Origin: Chrysomallon squamiferum
Taxonomy: Eukaryota; Animalia; Mollusca
DNA: 64,000 bases
Assembly: GCA_012295275.1 (NCBI GenBank)
Contig: CM022668.1
Span: 15,686,001-15,750,000, forward strand
Reading direction: 5' to 3'
Each line of letters opens with the position of its first letter. Position 1 is the first letter of the stretch. Made by a program: the position numbers and the translations under genes. Shown here one piece after another: positions 39,001-52,655 of the stretch. The notes below the pieces were generated by a model. The model saw only the letters and a program-made list of their open reading frames with translations. It was not told where the DNA came from and ran no database searches.

Positions 39001-40664
39001 GTTACCAACTTTAATATATTTTTTAACCATAAAAAAAAAAAAAACAGAATGCAAGACTTTTACCAAAGGTTAAATAAAAAGCAGTGTTATTTACATTAAT
39101 GTATATTACCGCATTTAAAAAAAAAAAAAAATTATTTGAGGAATGTTTTCCCCTACTTGGTGTGTGTATGCCATTTGATTTTTATTATTTATACAAATTT
39201 AAATATCTTAACAGGATTAAAAATGAGCATATAAGTACTTGAAAATTATATATTTGGTCGTATTAGTAACTGGATAATATTTAACAATTACTTTTTAATA
39301 ATAAAAAAATAACATTGTACATTTCCTACAAAATGTTTTTTTTAAATATCAAATATATAACAAATGTTTTCTGCAACTGCTAATTAACAACAAGTACAAA
39401 GATAATGAAAAAATATTTTACTCTCCCACTTTTTAAAAACCAACATCAAAACACAGTAAGGCCCCAAAATAAATATTTCTATCTGAAAACCACAAATTTG
39501 AGTCATTTATCAAACCTTGAATTCACCAACAGCAAACTGTTATGGTACATTTTTTTTTTTTTTTTTTTATCAGTTTAAAGATTTTTTAAAAAATCAGGTT
39601 ATCAGTCTGACTACAAAAAACATGTATACGAATACAACCAACCCATTAGTTTTAACACAAATTAATTAATTTTTTTAATTTTTTTTTAATTTTTTATATT
39701 TTTTTTAATACAGTTACAACTTTACAAAACTGAGGGATGATCCAGAGAGATAGGCAAAGATAAAAATGGACCCAAAATAAAATATTTCAGATGCCAAGAG
39801 AAAAAAAAAAAATTACTGCCTGCATAATCACTGTTCAAACTGAGAGTAACTCAAATTTATGCAAAAAGTAACAGGTTTTTGTCTTAACCAATGTTACATT
39901 TAAATTATATATATATATATTTATATATTTATATACATTTATTTATTTAGAGGCATACAGAAGTGTCAACAGATTGTGTGGAAGGTGAAACTGGGTCATG
40001 TCGAGGGAAATAGCTTATCTCTCTGGACCTAGATAATATTACAAAACAAAAATACTGTTGAATGAAAAATGTAAATTGAACATAATGTACATACTTTTAA
40101 ATAAAAAAAAAAAAAAAAAAACACACAAAAACAATAATGGTCCCATTTGGAAAACAAACAAACAAATAATTTGTTTATTTGTAACATTAATCACTTTTCA
40201 GATGTAGAAAAAAGAAAAGAAAAATATTTCACAGGCACTTGATTATGAAAAGAAAATGTTTCCGAAAGGGGAAAAAAACTAAACAAAAAATGACCATTTG
40301 AGTCATCATTACCTCACTGTCTTAACTACAAGAAGTAATCTGCACAAGAAAAACTTACCTCGTTTTCAGTACACTGATGAGGACAACAATAGTAACATTT
40401 AATATCCAAATCCCTTCTATAAAATTTTTGAAATATAATTTTCAGAACATTTTTTTTACAGTTTACATCCTGAATACGCTTCAAAGTTGCACCTTGATTA
40501 TTGAAAGTTTCTTAAATTTATATATATATATATTTTTTTTTTTTTTCTTATCTTCAAAGAATACAAAGACCATAAATAATTGTTAACAGTTTCCACCAAT
40601 AAAATTTTATTTCTATATGAGCCAGAAGAGATGTCCAGTGAATCAGAAACCCACCGAAAAGATT

Positions 40665-40730
40665 TTACACAACTTCATACTCCTTTCGTATAGCCCTGGC
40701 CAGACAGCAAGCAAACAGGATTCCAACGAT
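40665..40730 (-). CDS. CD63: CD63 exon 7 (IVGILFACCLARAIRKEYEVV*)
   Basis: 66 nt to TAA. Confidence 0.95.
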   Translation of the reverse strand: MVGILFACCLARAIRKEYEVV

Positions 40731-43700
40731 CTGAAACAAACAAATGTATTTGCTTATGCATGATGCAACAATACCTGCAGAAAATACATATATATATATA
40801 TGTGTGTGTGTATGTGTATATATATATATATATAGATTGAATTTTTTTTTTTATTATTTTATGTTAAACAACGTATTAATTGAATTTTTTTTTTTTTTTT
40901 TTTTTTATAAAAATGTCCATATTTCACAGATGGATCAATAAAATATTGATTTAATTATTTCAAATTGAAAAAAAAAACGACAGAACTTACGTGAACAAAA
41001 GCCAGACCAACTCCAACCCCACCAATGATGGCCACTTTGTCTTTCAACCATGAAATGAAGCTCACTTTACAGCTCTGAAATACGGAAACATTTAAACTTC
41101 AGTACTTTCTTCGTTTTTATCACTCACCAGTTCATGAACTGCAAGAAATCCCTTAAATATACCACAGATAATATATCGTTCAAGGTTTTACCATTAAGAC
41201 CCACATTGTTAATCCTTTAAAAATGTCTGTTAGGTTTACATGAACTATACACCTATGTAAAGAAATAATCTGCACCCAATACACACCTATCACCATACAA
41301 TACACACCTATCACCATACAATACACTTGCGTATATTAGAAATAATTTAAACAACAAATACTATGTGACAAATAATATGCACACAATACACACACCTATC
41401 AGACCAATTTACAAGTTACGTTTCTATTTGTAACAACATTTCACTTACACCAGTGTAGAATTGGTCTGTTTGTGAACAGGTGGTGTTGCATCCATCTTTA
41501 ATGCAGCACGAATCTGGTACTTTGTCTCCAAATGCTGGCTTACAATAGTCCACTGTATAGTTCTTAATTCCACAGCAGTGAAACTGAAAAGAATACATAA
41601 AACATTTCATTGCTGGAAAAATCAAGATGTGGACAGAATTATGGAATTAAACTGCGGAAACTGTAAAATTTAGAGTATTTTTTTTTTCTTCATCACCATA
41701 TGTTAATGATAGTTAATGGAAGAAATTCAAAAAAAAAAAAAAAGAAAAAATTATGTTAGTGGTAATTCTGGTAAAATGTTTTTATTTTATGTGGTTCCAT
41801 GTGCATCTTTATCAGCATCAAATGTAAGACTCAATGTCAAATTCCAAAAAAACTTTTGTGTGGTGAAACTAGTCTCATGGAATTTACAGAAAAAAAAAAA
41901 AAAAAAAAATGTTATGGAAATATATGTAATCATGGAAATCCAACATGAAAAGAAATAACCCATTTGTTGATATTTTGGTTTATTTAGTTTGCATGCAATG
42001 ACGGTGGTCATGTTGGAAATAATCTCAACAGTGAACGTTTGAAAATCCAAACATTCTCTTCTCTTACCATTGTTAAAGAAACAATTCTACCAGATCAAAT
42101 TTCACAAAAATTTAACACTTAATGAACCTACACATTACAAAAAAAAAAGGTTTCAAATCGGGTACAAGCAGAAATTACAAAGCACTAACTGTCTTCTGAA
42201 TCTTGTCGATGGCTTCCTTAGACGAGGTGTCATTGTTGTAAGTCTTCACCATTTTTCAAGAGTTTTCACCACCTCCTGCTCCACCTGTAAGGAAGACAAG
42301 ATGAACATTTTACAGTTTCTAAAAATACAAATTCTTACAACAGACGTTATTTCCACTGTCAACATTTCTACTTCCGTCTACATTTTTCTAGTAGGGCAGC
42401 AGCCATTATCTTGCATGAAAATCCTAACCAGACATGATTGTATGAATGTATTTATCAAAATATGTATGAAATGTAATAAAATAAACATGCAATTTTTGGT
42501 GGGTTTTTTTCTCCATAAAAACTATCACACTTATCTCAAGTCAGTTAATTCAAAGGATAATATATACAAACTGATGGGTCTAGTTAAATGGGATGGACAT
42601 GGTTAACACAAATCAGAGTGGCGAATAGTCCAAACATTTCTTTACAAGTTAGACAGCTAGATATCAGTCTTTTCACTGTTAGTGGTTATTACAATTACCT
42701 TGTCCTTCATTACAAACGCAGCGATTCCAGCAGCAATTTCGAAAAAGAATATGATGGTCAGCAAAACAGCAAACTAAAAAAAAAAAAAAAAAAAAAATAA
42801 AGTTTTACTACAACCCAGAATAAAATATGTGGATATCGATCATCTTGCTATAGCTGTGACTCGATACAGTAAAACAAGTTTAAAAAGGGAATTAAACATC
42901 TGTTCGTGTTCTGTAAATGATTTATTAAGTTAAACTGAAATATTTTAAAGAAATGTTACTGAAGATTTTGGGTTTACATCATCAGCTCAGCTCAGCTCAG
43001 TTTAGTTTAGTTTCCACGCACCTGCCTAATTTTAATTTAAAAAAAAAGTTCTTCATTGTTGAGGAGGCATCAACAAGAAATGTTACTAAAAAAAATTATA
43101 TATCTTGTGTTCGAGTATAGCATCTTTTTCTTATATAAAATACAGACAAACATATCCCTGCTACAATAAAATATCATACAAAACTTGATAGCCCAAAACG
43201 TTATAGAAACAGTGATTCATCTGGCATATACATTACAAATTACTTGGCATCTATGACCCAGTTACAAACTTGATAATTACTAATCTGCCAAATGAACTTT
43301 TATACAGCTTTATGGGATCAGTTTTGAACACAAACATTTCTGCAGTCACGATAATACAGCGGTCACAGAAATATTTTACCATAAACAAACAAAGAGAGAA
43401 TGACATTAAAAACATCACATTTCTACACATGTGAAGTTTTTAATGAAAACGTCCTCGCGTTCGTTACTTATTTCATTACCACAAAAAGAGATGTGTATCA
43501 GCACCTGCTGCCCAACTCATTAAATAATTTTCAAATAAAATAAAAACCAATAAAACCTGAAGTGAATTAAAATCATAACTGCACTAAAAAGACAATTGGC
43601 GAAATCATTTCACACGAACTCATCATAAAACGCACAACATGCTGCAAGGTTATTACAGCTGTTATAAACGATTTTAAGATTCTGTCAACATTACGTGTGT

Positions 43701-43803
43701 ATTTTTGTTTACTGACGCAGAATGCGTGTGTATCTGAGTTTATATGCCTGCATGTCCTACATGTATGTATGTATGTATGTATGTATGTATGTATGTATGT
43801 ATG

Positions 43804-43834
<31 letters not shown>

Positions 43835-43984
43835 TGTTTAAATAAAAACATGTCATTTTTATTAGCACCGAAGCTTTTCTTCTCAACTTCCAGTCAACCA
43901 TGTTTTCAAAACGGTGAAAATGACTCAAATGTATTGTGTAACATGTCTTGCCTGATCTTGTAAAACTTCTAAATATAAAAATAT

Positions 43985-44020
<36 letters not shown>

Positions 44021-45272
44021 TATACTTACTGTCATTGTCAGGCAGTAGTTCTCTTTGATGGCACCACAGCATCCGAAGAATGCCAGGAGGAAGATGACCA
44101 CTCCCACAACAATCAGAAGAATCCCTGGCCCAGCAAAGGAATTGCCTAAACTGTCATTGAATTCCTTGAGGGCAACCTGAACATAGGCTCCAGTAGCTAT
44201 CAAACATATTGCTGCAATCTGAAAGTTTCAAACAAACATCAAAACTTAGTTTCTGTCGTGACTGAGTATCTTGCAGTGAAATTAAATATAAAGTGAATGT
44301 TAAATGACTCCCCCTCAGCATAAAAATATGTTTGGTATTCTGTATTACTAAGTAGCTTTTCAATAATGTCTACACCTGTGGTTATCAGAAGAAATGGTAA
44401 AGATATTCTGAATATTTTCATGTTTTTTTTTTTTATTTTTTGCCTAAATTTTAATAGATAATTAAGCATTTATAATAAAAGCACAAGTTATAAATATGTT
44501 TAGGTACAGACTTTTTTCTTTTTAATTGTGATAGCTTCATGTACAGGATGGACCAATATTATTTGGTTTATTTATTTTTGGTCAATTTTTGTGTAAAAAG
44601 ATGTACAAGTCTTTCCTATGTGATTAAATCAGAAATCCAACCCTGAAGCGATTAAAATGAATGTTCAAATGTTTTTAACTACTATTTCATTGCCAAAATT
44701 GTTATTTAAATTAAATAAATCACTCAAACCAAATGTAAATATGCAGAATTTTCTGAAATGATTCACAAATTTGTTTGTACTGCCACAGATACTCTAAGAA
44801 CATTTCATTAAAGCCTCTGACATTATCAGACATTCTTTAAACTTTATATTCTTTGCTTTAATCATCAATGTACTTTTATTATTCTGTATTTAAAAGTTTA
44901 TTAAGGGCTGTTGTCCATTTAAAATCTGTTTACAATGGAGAAGGAGAAAGTTTTATTATTCTGTACATTTTGTTTAGGATTATTTGACATCAGTTGTGTA
45001 ACATGGGCCAGTCATATAAAAAGCTGAAACCAACAGGCATCACTTCATCTGCTTTTCTTTGTGATTAGCAGCAAGAAGCATTTTACATGCGCCATCCCGT
45101 AAACAGGATAATAATACAACTGACTCGGTGGATGATCATTTTTACAACCCAACTCACACTGAGCAGATCTGCCCCACCCTCTCATCTATATTAGGCTCCC
45201 AACAATGGTGGGTGTGGATTGTAATTATTCAGTTGTGGGTGGTGACATGCTAAAGAATGACAAAGGTCAACA

Positions 45273-45328
<56 letters not shown>

Positions 45329-46554
45329 AAAAAATAAAAAATGTCTGGTCAAAATATCCTAAAATTAACTTCAAAACATTTAGAAATGGGGGGAAAAGTA
45401 ATGAATCCACTGAAAGAAAAGGGGACAAATTTATAAATTTAATTCTAGAATTATTTAAATGTTTTGTGAAGTTTTTGGGATACGTTTTGTTAAAAGATCA
45501 CATGTATAAAAGGTGTGGTCTAAAAACCTGTATTCTGCTTCTGATAATGAAAAAGAAACCTGATTATAAGGTGACTAAGTACCACACCCACTGAAGAACA
45601 AAAGAAAAGAAAATAATTTATGGATGAAATGTTTTGATATCTCTCCCCCAAGTAACAACTGCTGAAAACCATTTCACTTCATGAAATTCAACTAGTTGTC
45701 TTGCTTTCAATTACAAACTTGTTTTGTTTTTTTATATACAGGTTTTCCATCCAACAGCTGAACATTTTAACCATGTCGACTGGTTCCAAAACGGTTCATA
45801 CCAGAAAACATTTTTGAGTAATTTTGTTAGTAAATATTTTTTTTAACTGTTAATTTTTTTTTTTAAGTTTTCACAAAAGTTAGTAATGCAGCGAAATACA
45901 CAACTAGTTTACGTATTTAATCTTTAAAGATGCACGAACTGTCGAATTTAAATATATAATCAATAAAGATTTATTTAAAAATGAAAATTTACGATATTTT
46001 ACATATACACCATCATAAAGACAAAGGTGTTATTCTAATTCTGAAATACTTCAAATAGTAACGATGCATTCGTTGTTTACAAAAATAAAAACTGGAGTTT
46101 CACTGAAACCATCCAAGTTATTTAGAGCTTAAAATTACAAAGGATAAGGTTTGGAAATTCGTAAGTATTTAATATGTAACAGTAACAGTTTTAGAAGAAT
46201 ATAACGCAATAAAGTTTGAATGCTAAGTACGTTTTCCTGGCTCTTTCATTACGTTTTACCTGAAAGAATTTTTTTTATTTATTTAAAAAAAAAAAAAAAA
46301 TTTCACACGAATGGAATTTTAGTCCAGATTTTGTTCCCAAAACCGAAATAAAATTTAAAAACCGCCCGCCCTAACGAGGAAATGGAAACCATTTTGCTTT
46401 GAAATAATTACGACAATCTTGCCTAGCGAAGGCCCAGCCCAGCCTTGGGGCGTTGCAATATGCTAGGTTGGTGCGGGCGTTCCGTACTCACCACGAAGAT
46501 AAGATTGAAAGCAAAAAGCAGATATTTGACGCATTTCATTCCTCCTTCCACCAT
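40665..46554 (-). CDS. CD63: Tetraspanin, CD63-like (7 coding exons)
   Basis: Exons 46492-46554, 44030-44218, 42699-42773, 42190-42284 (1 nt short), 41449-41583, 40991-41074, 40665-40730. N-terminus MVEGGMKCVKYLL, GCCGAIKEN, large-loop CCG / PDSCC / final Cys, four TM segments, C-terminal YEVV (YXXphi lysosomal motif). Confidence 0.92.
40991..41074 (-). CDS. CD63: CD63 exon 6 (SCKVSFISWLKDKVAIIGGVGVGLAFVH)
   Basis: 84 nt, cag/gtaagt. Confidence 0.92.
41449..41583 (-). CDS. CD63: CD63 exon 5 (FHCCG...PDSCC)
   Basis: 135 nt, tetraspanin CCG motif. Confidence 0.95.
42190..42284 (-). CDS. CD63: CD63 exon 4 (large loop helix), 1-nt deletion
   Basis: 95 nt; adding one A gives VEQEVVKTLEKMVKTYNNDTSSKEAIDKIQKT. 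Confidence 0.88.
42699..42773 (-). CDS. CD63: CD63 exon 3 (TM3, FAVLLTIIFFFEIAAGIAAFVMKDK)
   Basis: 75 nt, tag/gtaatt. Confidence 0.92.
44030..44218 (-). CDS. CD63: CD63 exon 2 (TM1-TM2, FFGCCGAIKENYC)
   Basis: 189 nt, cag/gtaagt. Confidence 0.95.
46492..46554 (-). CDS. CD63: CD63 exon 1 (MVEGGMKCVKYLLFAFNLIFV)
   Basis: ATG plus gtgagt donor, 63 nt. Confidence 0.9.
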
Positions 46555-46559
46555 CTTGT

Positions 46560-47250
46560 CCGCTTGTACGAGACACTCCGAAAGAAAAACAAAAAACTAA
46601 ATTTCTTCTCAGTCCAACACGTCTTCTTTAACACTGATAGATCGTGCACCTGCGTACAGCACTGTATCCGTCCGCCAGAAGAATTATTTCCGGAACTATA
46701 TTTTATTTTAATTAGCTAACTAAGTGAAATGATGCAGTTTGTCTGCATAAAAAGCACTGTATATGTCCTTTCGCGTGTTGATCGCTTATTAGATTACGAA
46801 ATGAAATGTTTGTAATGTTATGGCGCATTTATATCTTTTAATCGATGAATAAATATCACGTGCAACGTCATCAGGTCGCTAATAATAGCACAACACATCA
46901 CACGGCAAGCAATTTGATTATAATGTCGGAATGAGTATCTAGGGTTTGGGTGCTGGGTTTATCGCACCGTTCCTTTGCAGCGAGGTACAGAAGAAGAAGA
47001 GAATGGTTGATTTAATATGTTTGTCAGTTTTCTTTGTCTGTTACGTTTTACAGCAGTGTTATTCAAGGATCTAACGGGCCAGTAATTGCTTTCGTATTGA
47101 AAGCGAACTGAAATTCCGTTTTATGTCGCAAAGCAAATCAATAAAAAAAAAATAAATCGTACTTCTAATTATGTCTTGAACGCGAAAATTACGTTAAATT
47201 CATTGGTGTCAAGAACGTAATTGTCTAGATTTTTTTTTTTTTTTTGTTCC
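46560..47250 (-). promoter_or_regulatory. CD63 5' UTR / CpG-rich promoter
   Basis: CpG-rich sequence upstream of the ATG; TCACGTG E-box near 46856 next to an ACGTCA half-CRE. Confidence 0.5.
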
Positions 47251-47573
47251 TGCATCTAATATAAATAATGCAAGAAAACAAAAATATATAATCAAAATGA
47301 ATACTTTGCAGGTATGAATAAATGACTAAAATACATTTCATATTCCTCTTAATTATTATTTTATTTATTATTTGAGAATAGCATTATACAAAAATAACAT
47401 TTTTCCTAAAGCAATATAGTTAGGAAAATATCTGAGCAATCCTTTAATAACTAGGATGCCATGGTAACAATGCACCAAGTTAATTATATTAAATATATGA
47501 TTAGAAACATTTTTTTTCTTATTTAATTTTTCAAATTAATGCCAATTTAAACACACTGTATTATTAATTATTA

Positions 47574-47621
<48 letters not shown>

Positions 47622-48213
47622 TTTTGTTTTACAGGATAAAAATAACTATATTAATTTGTTGATTTAAGTAATTAATAGTATGCGAATTTCTTTATAGATA
47701 CTGAGAATGACGTTATTCTCAAAAAAATGTTAAGTTGCAATGAAAAAAAACAACATAAATTACAATTAAATCAATAAATTAAAAACCACACATTCTGGAA
47801 TTCATGAAATTTTATTTATTGTTATTATTTTTTTATATTTTTTTATATGAATTTAAGTTCAAAATTTTGTTATCAAAACAAATCGTATTATAATTATTTG
47901 AAGTACTCATGGACAGCTGATAATTAATATAATACTAACAGTTTTAACAGTTTGTTTGTTTGTGGTTTTTTATTTTTTATTTTTTTTTTATTACAGCTTC
48001 CTCTTCATCAAAATTTAGGAAAACTCAACATTAACCCATAAATCTTATGCATTATAATTTGAAACACAGCTTTAAATAACATTCAACATAATAAATAATT
48101 ATTTATTACCAACTAGCAGATTATTATTAATAATAAAATCAGTTATATAAACATCATTATTTAACAAAAATGGTTGGTATTTTAGTAATAAAAAACAAAC
48201 AAAAACAAGCAAA

Positions 48214-48245
<32 letters not shown>

Positions 48246-48375
48246 GTGATCAGTTAACTATTAATACAGAATGAAACATTGTTTTAATTTTTCTATCTTT
48301 ATACACAGAAATTCTATATTTGGATATTAGCCTCGTCTATAATATAAGCAACAATATTAAACCTTGTTGTATGTA

Positions 48376-48457
48376 GCTGTGATGGCCGAGTGGTTAAGGC
48401 GTTGGACTTGAAATCCAATGGGATCTTCCCGCGCAGGTTCGAACCCTGCTCGCAGCG
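48376..48457 (+). tRNA. tRNA-Ser (anticodon UGA), copy 1
   Basis: 82 nt cloverleaf GCTGTGA...TCGCAGC-G, A box TGGCCGAGTGG, anticodon loop CT-TGA-AA, long variable arm, GGTTCGAACC B box, downstream T-run terminator. Confidence 0.97.
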
Positions 48458-48614
48458 AATAATTTTTTCTTTTATTTATTTATTTTTATTTCATTTCTAT
48501 ATTTGTTAATAAGTATTATTAATACTCCGTAGAATAAATAATAATGTATTTTATTTTTAGTTTTTTATTTTCTTATTATTTTAATAAATTTGTGTAAACG
48601 TTTTGAATCCTCTC

Positions 48615-48710
<96 letters not shown>

Positions 48711-50811
48711 GATTATAATTGAAATGTATAAAAATGTTTTTACAAATTTTATTTTTTTTTTTTTTTTTAATTTTTTTCTCTGTCATACAAAATCTTTTCA
48801 CTGTTAAGATAATAATATATTTTGGTTTACTGTTGATGTTGTCGTCGTCGTTGTTATTGTTTTTAATTTTTTTTTTTTTTCTGTTTATTACATTACTGTT
48901 ATTATTGTTAGTACTGTTGTCATAGAAAGACAAAGAGTAAATATCTGAACCTAAATAATAACAAATGTTAAAAAAAAAAAAAAAAAAGTTAAAAAGGTAA
49001 AAGAAAACCTTTATCGTTTTATTACGATTTCTGCACATAATACTCTGGAGACTCAGTCTTTAAAAACATTTTCTAATTGCGAACTTGGGCTAACAGCAAG
49101 ACACACATAAACGCACACACGCGTAGACACACAGTAAGTATTGTCCACTGATGTTTGTCAGTATTTAACGTGTTCAGATAAAACTAGTTTACTTTAATCA
49201 TAATTAACTGGACAAATAGATATATAAAAACAAATTTTAAAAACTGGTTTTGTTGCGTCACATTAAGTTACATATTTTATTTTTAGCACGTTCTTTTTTA
49301 TTTGTTATTCCCTCTCTCCCTCTCTCAGTGTGTGTACGTGTGTCTGTTTGTTTGTGTGTATGTGTGTGTGTTAGTGGAAACTGTAAACATTCATTATTTA
49401 TCGATATATATATATATATACTGAAATTTTGAAGAAGAAAAAAAAGCAAAATACAGACAAAATAACACATATAGTGTGAACTTTTAGTTTTTGATAATCT
49501 GAAGAAGAATTAAAAAGGACAGTAATAAAAATGCAGTAAATAACGGAGGAATATTTGCGTATAACAGTGTGTTTGTGTATGTATATGTTTATGATGATCT
49601 GTGTATGTGTGTATGATGCATACGTGCGTGCGTGCGTGCGTGTGTACGATACACGAGAAGAAATTATCCTGCTGTTCTTAGCCATTCACAGCAAGAAATT
49701 ATTTTATGTGCATCACAACACTGACTCTAAAACAATTATTTCGGATTTAAAAAAATAAAAAACAAAAAATAAAAATAATAAAGTTCTACGGGTCTCTGAC
49801 TGGAACATGAAGTTCGATGACGTAACACCCATTGATGACGTCTTTATTGCTCCCCGGAACTCGTCGGCCTTTTCCGTTTGTTTTTTATTCCCGAAATGGT
49901 TTCTTTGTTGAAACTCAGTAATCAGCGGGATTCTAGCAATGCACGCGAGAACGTGGATCACGAAGACTGTCACGTGGTTTTCGTTTTGTGAATTTTGAAG
50001 TCTGCCGCATTTCAGTCTAAACCTAAGTAGAGAATAAACATAAGTATAAATACACGCAAATTAAAACCGCTGAAATGAACTAGACAAAGAACCTGACGTA
50101 TTATATAGAAGACAGTCATCTTTTAAGTACATGCGACCTATTTGTGAAACATTTTAAGAAAAAACAAAATAAAATATTTTAAAAAAAGCGTAAGATTGAC
50201 ATATACTAGCTTTTAGCCTGATCAGTCCTCGTATGCGGCAGTGTTTGAGTATAATATGTTTCAGACAGTCCCTCTCAACTAGAATATATATGTATGATGT
50301 ATGTGTGTGTTTGAGCACGTGCGTATGTATGTGTATATTTTCTCCCGAAGAAATGTATACGGGGCTGGCAATAACAGTTGATTTGAAATATGGTCAACAT
50401 TTAGAAACATAATAATAAAAACAAATCTAAACCAACTCAGAAATTATAAATATATATTTTCAGTTTTCCATTCTGTAGTATTTAACTATGTTCATCGGGG
50501 GTATTCTGTCCGACAATAACAAAATAATAATTTTCGCTAACACAAAGAAGACTGTATTCCACAAGGCGTATGTAAAACGTGATACATTAATTAAATATAT
50601 AATTAAAAGTGTTTATAAGCATCAGTCCTATTTTTCTACTGTTGTCCTTGCTTTTTATTTTTTATTATTTTTTTTTTTTGTTTAGACAATGAACTATCAC
50701 TGACAGTGCTGTTTTTCGCCTCTACGTCTCTTTAATGAATTCCTGAAGTGTAATTTAGACTGATAAACAAATTGTGAAGCTTTATCTGAAAAAAGACGAG
50801 ATAGGTGAAAC

Positions 50812-50895
50812 ATGGACTGTTCGTACCTTGTCTGGTTTGTAGTAATTCTGTCGTGTTGTCAGAGTAACGCGAGGTATGTAACTGCAAAACTTGTT

Positions 50896-50950
<55 letters not shown>

Positions 50951-52608
50951 TTTTATTTAACTTCTTCTACTATTACTGTAGCTAATATATTTATTGTAAT
51001 TACTGAATAAAGGTACAATAAAAGGTACAGGTACCAAGTGTTATACTTTTGCATAACGTTCTGTTGGATAGAATGCTTCTGATGAAATTCATGTTAAAAA
51101 ATAATAATAATAAAAAAAAAAAAAAAAAAAAAAAATTAAAAATTAATAAAACAGCAACGAAAAGCCAAACTGAAGATGGATATTCAAAATACTGGCCAGT
51201 TTAATGTATTAAGAATTTAAATAAAATAAAAAAATAAAAAATAAAAATTATTCGCTGCGAGCAGGGTTCGAACCTGCGCGGGAAGATCCCAATGGATTTC
51301 AAGTCCATCGCCTTAACCACTCGGCCATCACAGCTGTTATAATTATGTCTGTTTTAGTTTGATTAACAGCTCACTTTAAAACTGTTTTCAAAAACACACG
51401 TACTTCAACAGAACATCATTAAACCACTCATTTATTTAAGAAAACAAAATGATACAGACAGACAGACAGACAGATAGACAGATATTTATATGGGTTTGTG
51501 TCAGGATGGTTGTAGATATTTTACAATACAAGTTTTAAATTCAAAATATTATTACTCGCCAAAAAAATCTACAGTACTCAAAACAGCTGTAGCAAGGGAA
51601 ACAGATGAATTTGGATCACAGAATGACAGATATTGAAATGATTCATTTAGCATCTGGATAGTTTAAATATTTCGGATAACGGTTACTATACTAATACTGT
51701 TATTCCTAGTAACTAACTACTAGTACTACAGTTAGATGATGACTCTGATGATGATTCTGGTGATAATGATGATGATAATGATGATGATAATCACGATGAA
51801 GACAACGATGATGATGAGAAAAACGATAAAATGTTTTCTCTATTGCATGAAGAAAATGAAATATATTTACAATGTTTGTTTACTAATCTAATTATTTATT
51901 CGTCCATACATTCATTCATTCACTCACTCATTTATTTACTTATTTGTTTGCAGCTGTGTTGGTGCGCGATGGATGTGGAAACGAAATCACGCGTTTGAAA
52001 ACGTGAGCATTACACAGCCTGTGTTGTCAACATCTTACGTCACAAGTTGGACAGACTGCGCAAAACGATGCGCAGGAAGCGCAGCGTGTAAATCACTTTC
52101 TTACAACTATGGCGGAATATGTCGTCTGCATTCTGTGAGATTTGCAAGCACCGCCAATTACCCGTCTTCACCAGGCTGGAGTCACTTCTACCTTGCAGGA
52201 GGTAACTAACTATCTGTGGGTTTATTGGTTGTTGCTGTTGTTGATGCTGTTGTTGTTGTTGTTGTTGTTGCATTGTTGCCGAGGTTGGTAGAGGATGGAA
52301 GGAGTTACAGGTAATTAACTATACGTGGGTTTATTAAAAGTCATACTTCTCTTTGCTGTTCTTCTAGTTGTTCTGTTTTTGTCGATCGTGATGGAGGGTG
52401 TAAGGACCTGTAGGTCATTAACCTTCTTTTGGTTTCATGTTGCTGTTGCTGTTTTTTTTTTATTTTTTTTTTTTTTTTTTGTTGTTGTAGTTGTTATTAT
52501 CATTATTATTATTATTATTATATTTATTATTATTGCAGGTATTTATTGTTATTATTTGTCGCTGTTGTTTCCAATTTTTCTAGACTATAATTATAAAGTG
52601 TTTTGTAT

Positions 52609-52655
<47 letters not shown>

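Noticed and set aside
42070-42606. 178-aa plus-strand ORF
   Set aside because: Antisense to CD63 exon 4 and its introns; no domain features
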